DNA of 64,000 nt from Eledone cirrhosa (Eukaryota). Location of the stretch: assembly GCA_964016885.1 (NCBI GenBank), contig OZ024743.1, forward strand, positions 333,126,001 through 333,190,000, in the 5' to 3' direction. The translations under genes were made by a program, and so were the position numbers. Shown in pieces: positions 1-12,900 of the stretch (position 1 is its first letter; the number at the start of each line of letters is the position of its first letter). The notes beneath the pieces were generated by a model that saw only the letters and a list, made by a program, of their open reading frames with translations, did not search any database and was not told the origin of the DNA.

Positions 1-3000
1 TCCTTTAAAACCTCCATCGAACAAACTACCTACATCAGTTGTTAGCTGTCGAGACACTGCATCCTTTAAAACCTCCATGGAACAAACTACCTGCATCAGT
101 TGTTAGCTGTCGAGACACTGCATCCTTTAAAACCTCCATGGAACAAACTACCTGCATCTGTTGTTAGCTGTCGAGACACTGCATCCTTTAAAACCTCCAT
201 GGAACAAACTACCTGCATCAGTTGTTAGCTGTCGAGACACTGCATCCTTTAAAACCTCCATGGATCAAACTACCTGCAACAGTTGCTAGCTATCGAGACA
301 CTGCATCCTTTAAAACCTCCATGGAACAAACTACCTACATCAGTTGTTAGCTGTCGAGACACTGCAACCTTTAAAACCTCCATGGAACAAACTACCTACA
401 TCAGTTGTTAGCTGTCGAGACACTGCATCCTTTAAAACCTCCATGGAACAAACTACCTACATCAGTTGTTAGCTGTTGAGACACTGCTTCCTTTAAAACC
501 TCCATGGAACAAACTACCTGCATCAGTTGTTAGCTGTCGAGACACTGCATCCTTTAAAACCTCCATGGAACAAACTACCTGAATCAGTTGTTAGCTGTCG
601 AGACACTGCTTCCTTTAAAACCTCCATGGAACAAACTACCTGCATCAGTTGTTAGCTGTTGAGACACTACATCCTTTAAAACCTCCATGGAACAAACTAC
701 CTGCATCAGTTGTTAGCTGTCGAGACACTGCTTCCTTTAAAACCTCCATGGAACAAACTACCTGCATCAGTTGTTAGCTGTCGAGACACTGCATCCTTTA
801 AAACCTCCATGGAACAAACTACCTGCATCAGTTGTTAGCTGTCGAGACACTGCATCCTTTAAAACCTCCATGGAACAAACTACCTGCATCAGTTGTTAGC
901 TGTCGAGACACTGCATCCTTTTAAACCTCCATGGAACAAACTACCTGCAACAGTTGCTAGCTGTCGAGACACTGCATCCTTTAAAACCTCCATGGAACAA
1001 ACTACCTGCATCAGTTGCTAGCTGTCGAGGCACTGCATCCTTTAAAACCTCCATGGAACAAACTACCTACATCAGTTGGTAGCTGTCGAGACACTGCTTC
1101 CTTTAAAACCTCCATGGAACAAACTACCTGCATCAGTTGTCAGCTGTCGAGACACTGCATCCTTTAAAACCTCCATGGAACAAATTACCTGCATCAGTTG
1201 TTAGCTGTCGAGACACTGTATCCTTTAAAACCTCCATGGAACAAACTACCTGCATCAGTTGTTAGCTGTCATGACACTGCATCCTTTAAAACCTCCATGG
1301 AACAAACTACCTGCATCAGTTGTTAGCTGTCGAGACACTGCATCCTTTAAAACCTCCATGGAACAAACTACCTGCATCAGTTGTTAGCTGTCGAGACACT
1401 GCATCCTTTAAAACCTCCATGGATCAAACTACCTGCAACAGTTGCTAGCTGTCGAGACACTGCATCCGTTAAAACCTCCATGGAACAAACTACCTACATC
1501 AGTTGTTAGCTGTCGAGACACTGCATCCTTTAAAACCTCCATGGAACAAACTACCTACATCAGTTGTTAGCTGTTGAAACACTGCTTCCTTTAAAACCTC
1601 CATGGAACAAACTACCTACATCAGTTGTTAGCTGTTGAGACACTGCTTCCTTTAAAACCTCCATGGAACAAACTACCTGCATCAGTAGTTAGCTGTCGAG
1701 ACACTGCATCCTTTAAAACCTCCATGGAACAAACTGCCTGATTCAGTTGTTAGCTGTCGAGACACTGCATCCTTTAAAACCTCCATGGAACAAACTACCT
1801 ACATCAGTTGTTAGCTGTCGAGACACTGCATCCTTTAAAACCTCCATGGAACAAACTACCTGCATCAGTTGTTAGCTGTCGAGACACTGCATCCTTTAAA
1901 ACCTCCATGGAACAAACTACCTGAGCTGTCGAGACACTGCATCCTTTAAAACCTCCATGGAACAAACTACCTGCATCAGTTGTTAGCTGTCGAGACACTG
2001 CATCCTTTAAAACCTCCATGGAACAAACTACCTGCATCAGTTGTTAGCTGTCGAAACACTGCATCCTTTAAAACCTCCATGGAACAAACTACCTGAATCA
2101 GTTGTTAGCTGTCGAGACACTGCATCCTTTAAAACCTCCATGGAACAAACTACCTGCATCAGTTGTTAGCTGTCGAGACACTGCATCCTTTAAAACCTCC
2201 ATGGAACAAACTACCTACATCAGTAGTTAGCTGTCGAGACACTGCATCCTTTAAAACCTCCATGGAACAAACTGCCTGTATCAGTTGTTAGCTGTCGAGA
2301 CACTGCATCCTTTAAAACCTCCATCGAACAAACTACCTACATCAGTTGTTAGCTGTCGAGACACTGCATCCTTTAAAACCTCCATGGAACAAACTACCTG
2401 CATCAGTTGTTAGCTGTCGAGACACTGCATCCTTTAAAACCTCCATGGAACAAACTACCTGCATCTGTTGTTAGCTGTCGAGACACTGCATCCTTTAAAA
2501 CCTCCATGGAACAAACTACCTGCATCAGTTGTTAGCTGTCGAGACACTGCATCCTTTAAAACCTCCATGGATCAAACTACCTGCAACAGTTGCTAGCTAT
2601 CGAGACACTGCATCCTTTAAAACCTCCATGGAACAAACTACCTACATCAGTTGTTAGCTGTCGAGACACTGCAACCTTTAAAACCTCCATGGAACAAACT
2701 ACCTACATCAGTTGTTAGCTGTCGAGACACTGCATCCTTTAAAACCTCCATGGAACAAACTACCTACATCAGTTGTTAGCTGTTGAGACACTGCTTCCTT
2801 TAAAACCTCCATGGAACAAACTACCTGCATCAGTTGTTAGCTGTCGAGACACTGCATCCTTTAAAACCTCCATGGAACAAACTACCTGAATCAGTTGTTA
2901 GCTGTCGAGACACTGCTTCCTTTAAAACCTCCATGGAACAAAGTACCTGCATCAGTTGTTAGCTGTTGAGACACTACATCCTTTAAAACCTCCATGGAAC

Positions 3001-3649
3001 AAACTACCTGCATCAGTTGTTAGCTGTCGAGACACTGCATCCTTTAAAACCTCCATGGAACAAACTTCCTGCATCAGTTGTTAGCTGTTGAGACACTGCT
3101 TCCTTTAAAACCTCCATGGAACAAACTACCTGCATCAGTTGTTAGCTGTCGAGACACTGCATCCTTTAAAACCTCCATGGAACAAACTACCTGCATCAGT
3201 TGTTAGCTGTCGAGACACTGCATCCTTTAAAACCTCCATGGAACAAACTACCTGCATCAGTTATTAGCTGTCGAGACACTGCATCCTTTAAAACCTCCAT
3301 GGATCAAACTACCTGCAACAGTTGCTAGCTGTCGAGACACTGCATCCGTTAAAACCTCCATGGAACAAACTACCTACATCAGTTGTTAGCTGTCGAGACA
3401 CTGCATCCTTTAAAACCTCCATGGAACAAACTACCTACATCAGTTGTTAGCTGTTGAGACACTGCTTCCTTTAAAACCTCCATGGAACAAACTACCTACA
3501 TCAGTTGTTAGCTGTTGAGACACTGCTTCCTTTAAAACCTCCATGGAACAAACTACCTGCATCAGTTGTTAGCTGTCGAGACACTGCATCCTTTAAAACC
3601 TCCATGGAACAAACTACCTGCATCAGTTGTTAGCTGTCGAGACACTGCA

Positions 3650-4990
3650 TCCTTTTAAACCTCCATGGAACAAACTACCTGCATCAGTAGTTAGCTGTCG
3701 AGACACTGCATCCTTTAAAACCTCCATGGAACAAACTACCTGCATCAGTAGTTAGCTGTCGAGACACTGCATCCTTTAAAACCTCCATGGAACAAACTGC
3801 CTGATTCAGTTGTTAGCTGTCGAGACACTGCATCCTTTAAAACCTCCATGGAACAAACTACCTACATCAGTTGTTAGCTGTCGAGACACTGCATCCTTTA
3901 AAACCTCCATGGAACAAACTACCTGCATCAGTTGTTAGCTGTCGAGACACTGCATCCTTTCAAACCTCCATGGAACAAACTACCTGCATCAGTTGTTAGC
4001 TGTCGAGACACTGCATCCTTTAAAACCTCCATGGAACAAACTACCTACATCAGTAGTTAGCTGTCGAGACACTGCATCCTTTAAAACCTCCATGGAACAA
4101 ACTGCCTGTATCAGTTGTTAGCTGTCGAGACACTGCATCCTTTAAAACCTCCATGGAACAAACTACCTGCATCAGTTGTTAGCTGTCGAGACACTGCATC
4201 CTTTAAAACCTCCATGGAACAAACTACCTGAATCAGTTGTTAGCTGTCGAGACACTGCATCCTTTAAAACCTCCATGGAACAAACTACCTGCATCAGTTG
4301 TTAGCTGTCGAGACACTGCATCCTTTTAAACCTCCATGGAACAAACTACCTGCATCAGTAGTTAGCTGTCGAGACACTGCATCCTTTAAAACCTCCATGG
4401 AACAAACTACCTGCATCAGTAGTTAGCTGTCGAGACACTGCATCCTTTAAAACCTCCATGGAACAAACTGCCTGATTCAGTTGTTAGCTGTCGAGACACT
4501 GCATCCTTTAAAACCTCCATGGAACAAACTACCTACATCAGTTGTTAGCTGTCGAGACACTGCATCCTTTAAAACCTCCATGGAACAAACTACCTGCATC
4601 AGTTGTTAGCTGTCGAGACACTGCATCCTTTCAAACCTCCATGGAACAAACTACCTGCATCAGTTGTTAGCTGTCGAGACACTGCATCCTTTAAAACCTC
4701 CATGGAACAAACTACCTACATCAGTAGTTAGCTGTCGAGACACTGCATCCTTTAAAACCTCCATGGAACAAACTGCCTGTATCAGTTGTTAGCTGTCGAG
4801 ACACTGCATCCTTTAAAACCTCCATGGAACAAACTACCTGCATCAGTTGTTAGCTGTCGAGACACTGCATCCTTTAAAACCTCCATGGAACAAACTACCT
4901 GAATCAGTTGTTAGCTGTCGAGACACTGCATCCTTTAAAACCTCCATGGAACAAACTACCTGCATCAGTTGTTAGCTGTCGAGACACTGC
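3650..4990 (+). repeat. Tandem duplication of an 11-monomer (671-bp) unit; also present in the paralogous block at about 19310-20650
   Basis: CCTTTTAAA at 3651 and 4322; TTTCAAA variant base at 3961 and 4632; offsets 671 = 11x61. Confidence 0.88.
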
Positions 4991-6299
4991 ATCCTTTAAA
5001 ACCTCCATGGAACAAACTACCTGCATCAGTTGTTAGCTGTCGAGACACTGCATCCTTTAAAACCACCATGGAACAAACTTCCTGCATCAGTTGTTAGCTG
5101 TTGAGACACTGCTTCCTTTAAAACCTCCATGGAACAAACTACCTGCATCAGTTGTTAGCTGTCGAGACACTGCATCCTTTAAAACCTCCATGGAACAAAC
5201 TACCTGCATCAGTTGTTAGCTGTCGAGACACTGCATCCTTTAAAACCTCCATGGAACAAACTACCTGCATCAGTTGTTAGCTGTCGAGACACTGCATCCT
5301 TTAAAACCTCCATGGATCAAACTACCTGCAACAGTTGCTAGCTGTCGAGACACTGCATCCTTTAAAACCTCCATGGAACAAACTACCTACATCAGTTGTT
5401 AGCTGTCGAGACACTACATCCTTTAAAACCTCCATGGAACAAACTACCTACATCAGTTGTTAGCTGTTGAGACACTGCTTCCTTTAAAACCTCCATGGAA
5501 CAAACTACCTACATCAGTTGTTAGCTGTTGAGACACTGCTTCCTTTAAAACCTCCATGGAACAAACTACCTGCATCAGTTGTTAGCTGTCGAGACACTGC
5601 ATCCTTTAAAACCTCCATGGAACAAACTACCTGCATCAGTTGTTAGCTGTCGAGACACTGCATCCTTTAAAACCTCCATGGAACAAACTACCTGCATCAG
5701 TTGTTAGCTGTCGAGATACTGCATCCTTTTAAACCTCCATGGAACAAACTACCTGCATCAGTAGTTAGCTGTCGAGACACTGCATCCTTTAAAACCTCCA
5801 TGGAACAAACTACCTGCATCAGTAGTTAGCTGTCGAGACACTGCATCCTTTAAAACCTCCATGGAACAAACTGCCTGATTCAGTTGTTAGCTGTCGAGAC
5901 ACTGCATCCTTTAAAACCTCCATGGAACAAACTACCTACATCAGTTGTTAGCTGTCGAGACACTGCATCCTTTAAAACCTCCATGGAACAAACTACCTGC
6001 ATCAGTTGTTAGCTGTCGAGACACTGCATCCTTTAAAACCTCCATGGAACAAACTACCTGCATCAGTTGTTAGCTGTCGAGACACTGCATCCTTTAAAAC
6101 CTCCATGGAACAAACTACCTGCATCAGTTGTTAGCTGTCGAGACACTGCATCCTTTAAAACCTCCATGGATCAAACTACCTGCAACAGTTGCTAGCTGTC
6201 GAGACACTGCATCCTTTAAAACCTCCATGGAACAAACTACCTGCATCAGTTGCTAGCTGTCGAGGCACTGCATCCTTTAAAACCTCCATGGAACAAACT

Positions 6300-6900
6300 A
6301 CCTACATCAGTTGGTAGCTGTCGAGACACTGCTTCCTTTAAAACCTCCATGGAACAAACTACCTGCATCAGTTGTCAGCTGTCGAGACACTGCATCCTTT
6401 AAAACCTCCATGGAACAAATTACCTGCATCAGTTGTTAGCTGTCGAGACACTGTATCCTTTAAAACCTCCATGGAACAAACTACCTGCATCAGTTGTTAG
6501 CTGTCATGACACTGCATCCTTTAAAACCTCCATGGAACAAACTACCTGCATCAGTTGTTAGTTGTCCGGACACTGCATCCTTTAAAACCTCCATGGAACA
6601 AACTACCTACATCAGTTGTTAGCTGTCGAGACACTGCTTCCTTTAAAACCTCCATGGAACAAACTACCTGCATCAGTTGTCAGCTGTCGAGACACTGCAT
6701 CCTTTAAAACCTCCATGGAACAAATTACCTGCATCAGTTGTTAGCTGTCGAGACACTGTATCCTTTAAAACCTCCATGGAACAAACTACCTGCATCAGTT
6801 GTTAGCTGTCATGACACTGCATCCTTTAAAACCTCCATGGAACAAACTACCTGCATCAGTTGTTAGTTGTCCGGACACTGCATCCTTTAAAACCTCCATG
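6300..6900 (+). repeat. Tandem duplication of a 5-monomer (305-bp) divergent unit
   Basis: The series GTCAGCTG, AAATTACC, GTATCC, GTCATGAC, GTTGTCCGG occurs twice; GTCAG variant base at 6376 and 6681 (305 = 5x61). Confidence 0.88.
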
Positions 6901-9900
6901 GAACAAACTCCCTGCATCAGTTGTTAGCTGTCGAGACACTGCATCCTTTAAAACCTCCATGGAACAAACTACCTGCATCAGTTGTTAGCTGTCGAGACAC
7001 TGCATCTTTTAAAACCTCCATGGAACAAACTACCTGCATCAGCTGTTAGCTATCGAGACACTGCATCCTTTAAAACCTCCATAGAACATACTACCTGCAT
7101 CAGTTGTTAGCTGTCAGGACACAACTACCTACATCAGTTGTTAGCTGTCGAGACACTGCATCCTTTAAAACCTCCATGGAACAAACTACCTACATCAGTT
7201 GTTAGCTGTTGAGACACTGCTTCCTTTAAAACCTCCATGGAACAAACTACCTACATCAGTTGTTAGCTGTTGAGACACTGCTTCCTTTAAAACCTCCATG
7301 GAACAAACTACCTGCATCAGTTGTTAGCTGTCGAGACACTGCATCCTTTAAAACCTCCATGGAACAAACTACCTGCATCAGTTGTTAGCTCTCGAGACAC
7401 TGCATCCTTTAAAACCTCCATGGAACAAACTACCTGCATCAGTTGTTAGCTGTCGAGACACTGCATCCTTTTAAACCTCCATGGAACAAACTACCTGCAT
7501 CAGTAGTTAGCTGTCGAGACACTGCATCCTTTAAAACCTCCATGTAACAAACTACCTGCATCAGTAGTTAGCTGTCGAGACACTGCATCCTTTAAAACCT
7601 CCATGGAACAAACTGCCTGTATCAGTTGTTAGCTGTCGAGACACTGCATCCTTTAAAACCTCCATGGAACAAACTACCTGCATCAGTTGTTAGCTGTCGA
7701 GACACTGCATCCTTTAAAACCTCCATGGAACAAACTACCCGAATCAGTTGTTAGCTGTCGAGACACTGCATCCTTTAAAACCTCCATGGAACAAACTACC
7801 TGCATCAGTTGTTAGCTGTCGAGACACTGCATCCTTTAAAACCTCCATGGAACAAACTACCTGCATCAGTTGTTAGCTGTCGAGACACTGCATCCTTTAA
7901 AACGTCCATGGAACAAACTTCCTGCATCAGTTGTTAGCTGTTGAGACACTGCTTCCTTTAAAACCTCCATGGAACAAACTACCTGCATCAGTTGTTAGCT
8001 GTCGAGACACTGCATCCTTTAAAACCTCCATGGAACAAACTACCTGCATCAGTTGTTAGCTGTCGAGACACTGCATCCTTTAAAACCTCCATGGAACAAA
8101 CTACCTGCATCAGTTGTTAGCTGTCGAGACACTGCATCCTTTAAAACCTCCATGGATCAAACTACCTGCAACAGTTGCTAGCTGTCGAGACACTGCATCC
8201 TTTAAAACCTCCATGGAACAAACTACCTACATCAGTTGTTAGCTGTCGAGACACTGCATCCTTTAAAACCTCCATGGAACAAACTACCTACATCAGTTGT
8301 TAGCTGTTGAGACACTGCTTCCTTTAAAACCTCCATGGAACAAACTACCTACATCAGTTGTTAGCTGTCGAGACACTGCTTCCTTTAAAACCTCCATGGA
8401 ACAAACTACCTGCATCATTTGTTAGCTGTCGAGACACTGCATCCTTTAAAACCTCCATGGAACAAACTACCTGCATCAGTTGTTAGCTGTCGAGACACTG
8501 CATCCTTTAAAACCTCCATGGAACAAACTACCTGCATCAGTTGTTAGCTGTCGAGACACTGCATCCTTTTAAACCTCCATGGAACAAACTACCTGCATCA
8601 GTAGTTAGCTGTCGAGACACTGCATCCTTTAAAACCTCCATGGAACAAACTACCTGCATCAGTAGTTAGCTGTCGAGACACTGCATCCTTTAAAACCTCC
8701 ATGGAACAAACTGCCTGATTCAGTTGTTAGCTGTCGAGACACTGCATCCTTTAAAACCTCCATGGAACAAACTACCTGCATCAGTTGTTAGCTGTCGAGA
8801 CACTGCATCCTTTAAAACCTCCATGGAACAAACTACCTGCATCAGTTGTTAGCTGTCGAGACACTGCATCCTTTAAAACCTCCATGGAACAAACTACCTG
8901 CATCAGTTGTTAGCTGTCGAGACACTGCATCCTTTAAAACCTCCATGGATCAAACTACCTGCAACAGTTGCTAGCTGTCGAGACACTGCATCCTTTAAAA
9001 CCTCCATGGAACAAACTACCTGCATCAGTTGCTAGCTGTCGAGGCACTGCATCCTTTAAAACCGCCATGGAACAAACTACCTACATCAGTTGGTAGCTGT
9101 CGAGACACTGCATCCTTTAAAACCTCCATGGAACAAACTACCTACATCAGTTGTTAGCTGTCGAGACACTGCTTCCTTTAAAACCTCCATGGAACAAACT
9201 ACCTGCATCAGTTGTCAGCTGTCGAGACACTGCATCCTTTAAAACCTCCATGGAACAAATTACCTGCATCAGTTGTTAGCTGTCGAGACACTGTATCCTT
9301 TAAAACCTCCATGGAACAAACTACCTGCATCAGTTGTTAGCTGTCATGACACTGCATCCTTTAAAACCTCCATGGAACAAACTACCTGCATCAGTTGTTA
9401 GCTGTCAAGACACTGCATCCTTTAAAACCTCCATGGAACAAACTACCTGCATCAGTTGTTAGTTGTCCGGACACTGCATCCTTTAAAACCTCCATGGAAC
9501 AAACTCCCTGCATAAGTTGTTAGCTGTCAAGACACTGCATCCTTTAAAACCTCCATGGAACAAACTACCTGCATCAGTTGTTAGCTGTCGAGACACTGCA
9601 TCTTTTAAAACCTCCATGGAACAAACTACCTGCATCAGCTGTTAGCTATCGAGACACTGCATCCTTTAAAACCTCCATAGAACATACTACCTGCATCAGT
9701 TGTTAGCTGTCAGGACACAACTACCTACATCAGTTGTTAGCTGTCGAGACACTGCATCCTTTAAAACCTCCATGGAACAAACTACCTACATCAGTTGTTA
9801 GCTGTTGAGACACTGCTTCCTTTAAAACCTCCATGGAACAAACTACCTACATCAGTTGTTAGCTGTCGAGACACTGCATCCTTTAAAACCTCCATGGACA

Positions 9901-9959
9901 AACTACCTGCATCAGTTGTTAGCTGTCGAGACACTGCATCCTTTAAAACCTCCATGGAA

Positions 9960-12900
9960 CAAACTACCTGCATCAGTTGTTAGCTGTTGAGACACTGCAT
10001 CCTTTAAAACCTCCATGGAACAAACTACCTGCATCAGTTGTTAGCTGTCGAGACACTGCATCCTTTAAAACCTCCATGGAACAAACTACCTGCATCAGTT
10101 GTTAGCTGTCGAGACACTGCATCCTTTAAAACCTCCATGGAACAAACTACCTGCATCAGTTGTTAGCTGTCGAAACACTGCATCCTTTAAAACCTCCATG
10201 GAACAAACTACCTGAATCAGTTGTTAGCTGTCGAGACACTGCATCCTTTAAAACCTCCATGGAACAAACTACCTTCATCAGTAGTTAGCTGTCGAGACAC
10301 TGCATCCTTTAAAACCTCCATGGAACAAACTGCCTGTATCAGTTGTTAGCTGTCGAGACACTGCATCCTTTAAAACCTCCATGGAACAAACTACCTACAT
10401 CAGTTGTTAGCTGTCGAGACACTGCATCCTTTAAAACCTCCATGGAACAAACTACCTGCATCAGTTGTTAGCTGTCGAGACACTGCATCCTTTAAAACCT
10501 CCATGGAACAAACTACCTGCATCAGTTGTTAGCTGTCGAGACACTGCATCCTTTAAAACCTCCATGGAACAAACTACCTGCATCAGTTGTTAGCTGTCGA
10601 GACACTGCATCCTTTAAAACCTTCATGGATCAAACTACCTGCAACAGTTGCTAGCTATCGAGACACTGCATCCTTTAAAACCTCCATGGAACAAACTACC
10701 TACATCAGTTGTTAGCTGTCGAGACACTGCATCCTTTAAAACCTCCATGGAACAAACTACCTACATCAGTTGTTAGCTGTCGAGACACTGCATCCTTTAA
10801 AACCTCCATGGAACAAACTACCTACATCAGTTGTTAGCTGTCCAGACACTGCTTCCTTTAAAACCTCCATGGAACAAACTACGCGCATCAGTTGTTAGCT
10901 GTCGAGACACTGCATCCTTTAAAACCTCCATGGAACAAACTACCTGAATCAGTTGTTAGCTGTCGAGACACTGCATCCTTTAAAACCTCCATGGAACAAA
11001 CTACCTGCATCAGTTGTTAGCTGTCGAGACACTGCATCCTTTAAAACCTCCATGGAACAAACTACTTGCATCAGCTGTTTGCTGTCGAGACACTGCAGCC
11101 TTTAAAACCTCCATGGAACAAACTACCTGCATCAGTTGTTAGCTGTCGAGACACTGCATCCTTTAAAACCTCCATGGATCAAACTACCTGCAACAGTTGC
11201 TAGCTGTCGAGACACTGCATCCGTTAAAACCTCCATGGAACAAACTACCTACATCAGTTGTTAGCTGTCGAGACACTGCATCCTATAAAACCTCCATGGA
11301 ACAAACTACCTACATCAGTTGTTAGCTGTTGAAACACTGCTTCCTTTAAAACCTCCATGGAACAAACTACCTACATCAGTTGTTAGCTGTTGAGACACTG
11401 CTTCCTTTAAAACCTCCATGGAACAAACTACCTGCATCAGTTGTTAGCTGTCGAGACACTGCATCCTTTAAAACCTCCATGGAACAAACTACCTGCATCA
11501 GTTGTTAGCTGTCGAGACACTGCATCCTTTAAAACCTCCATGGAACAAACTACCTGCATCAGTTGTTAGCTGTCGAGACACTGCATCCTTTTAAACCTCC
11601 ATGGAACAAACTACCTGCATCAGTAGTTAGCTGTCGAGACACTGCATCCTTTAAAACCTCCATGGAACAAACTACCTGCATCAGTAGTTAGCTGTCGAGA
11701 CACTGCATCCTTTAAAACCTCCATGTAACAAACTGCCTGATTCAGTTGTTAGCTGTCGAGACACTGCATCCTTTAAAACCTCCATGGAACAAACTACCTA
11801 CATCAGTTGTTAGCTGTCGAGACACTGCATCCTTTAAAACCTCCATGGAACAAACTACCTGCATCTGTTGTTAGCTGTCGAGACACTGCATCCTTTAAAA
11901 CCTCCATGGAACAAACTACCTACATCAGTTGTTAGCTGTCGAGACACTGCATCCTTTAAAACCTGCATGGAACAAACTACCTGCATCAGTTGTTAGCTGT
12001 CGTGACACTGCATCCTTTAAAACCTCCATGGAACAAACTACCTGCATCAGTTCTTAGCTGTCGAAACACTGCATCCTTTAAAACCTCCATGGAACAAACT
12101 ACCTGAATCAGTTGTTAGCTGTCGAGACACTGCATCCTTTAAAACCTCCATGGAACAAACTACCTGCATCAGTTGTTAGCTGTCGAGACACTGCATCCTT
12201 TAAAACCTCCATGGAACAAACTACCTACATCAGTTGTTAGCTGTCGAGACACTGCATCCTTTAAAACCTCCATGGAACAAACTACCTACATCAGTTGTTA
12301 GCTGTCGAGACACTGCTTCCTTTAAAACCTCCATGGAACAAACTACCTGCATCAGTTGTTAGCTGTCGAGACACTGCATCCTTTAAAACCTCCATGGAAC
12401 AAACTACCTGAATCAGTTGTTAGCTGTCGAGACACTGCATCCTTTAAAACCTCCATGGAACAAACTACCTTCATCAGTTGTTAGCTGTCGAGACACTGCA
12501 TCCTTTAAAACCTCCATGGAACAAACTACCTGCATCAGTTGTTAGCTGTCGAGACACTGCATCCTTTAAAACCTCCATGGAACAAACTACCTGCATCAGT
12601 TGTTAGCTGTCGAGACACTGCATCCTTTAAAACCTCCATGGATCAAACTACCTGCAACAGTTGCTAGCTGTCGAGACACTGCATCCGTTAAAACCTCCAT
12701 GGAACAAACTACCTACATCAGTTGTTAGCTGTCGAGACACTGCATCCTTTAAAACCTCCATGGAACAAACTACCTACATCAGTTGTTAGCTGTTGAAACA
12801 CTGCTTCCTTTAAAACCTCCATGGAACAAACTACCTACATCAGTTGTTAGCTGTTGAGACACTGCTTCCTTTAAAACCTCCATGGAACAAACTACCTGCA

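Larger units (their letters stand above)
1275..9865 (+). repeat. About 8.6-kb block, copy 1 (paralogous to about 16875-25405)
   Basis: Same ordered rare variants recur: 11-bp deletion 1923 vs 17523 (offset 15600); CCTTTTAAA 3651 vs 19312 (15661); 27-bp deletions 7122 and 9718 vs 22661 and 25257 (15539). Confidence 0.92.

Noticed and set aside
51-56. GAGACA (TGTCTC on the minus strand, the auxin response element; also contains the SMAD core AGAC)
   Set aside because: A 4-6-bp match in one monomer is expected by chance, its repetition is not independent evidence, and the organism is unknown.
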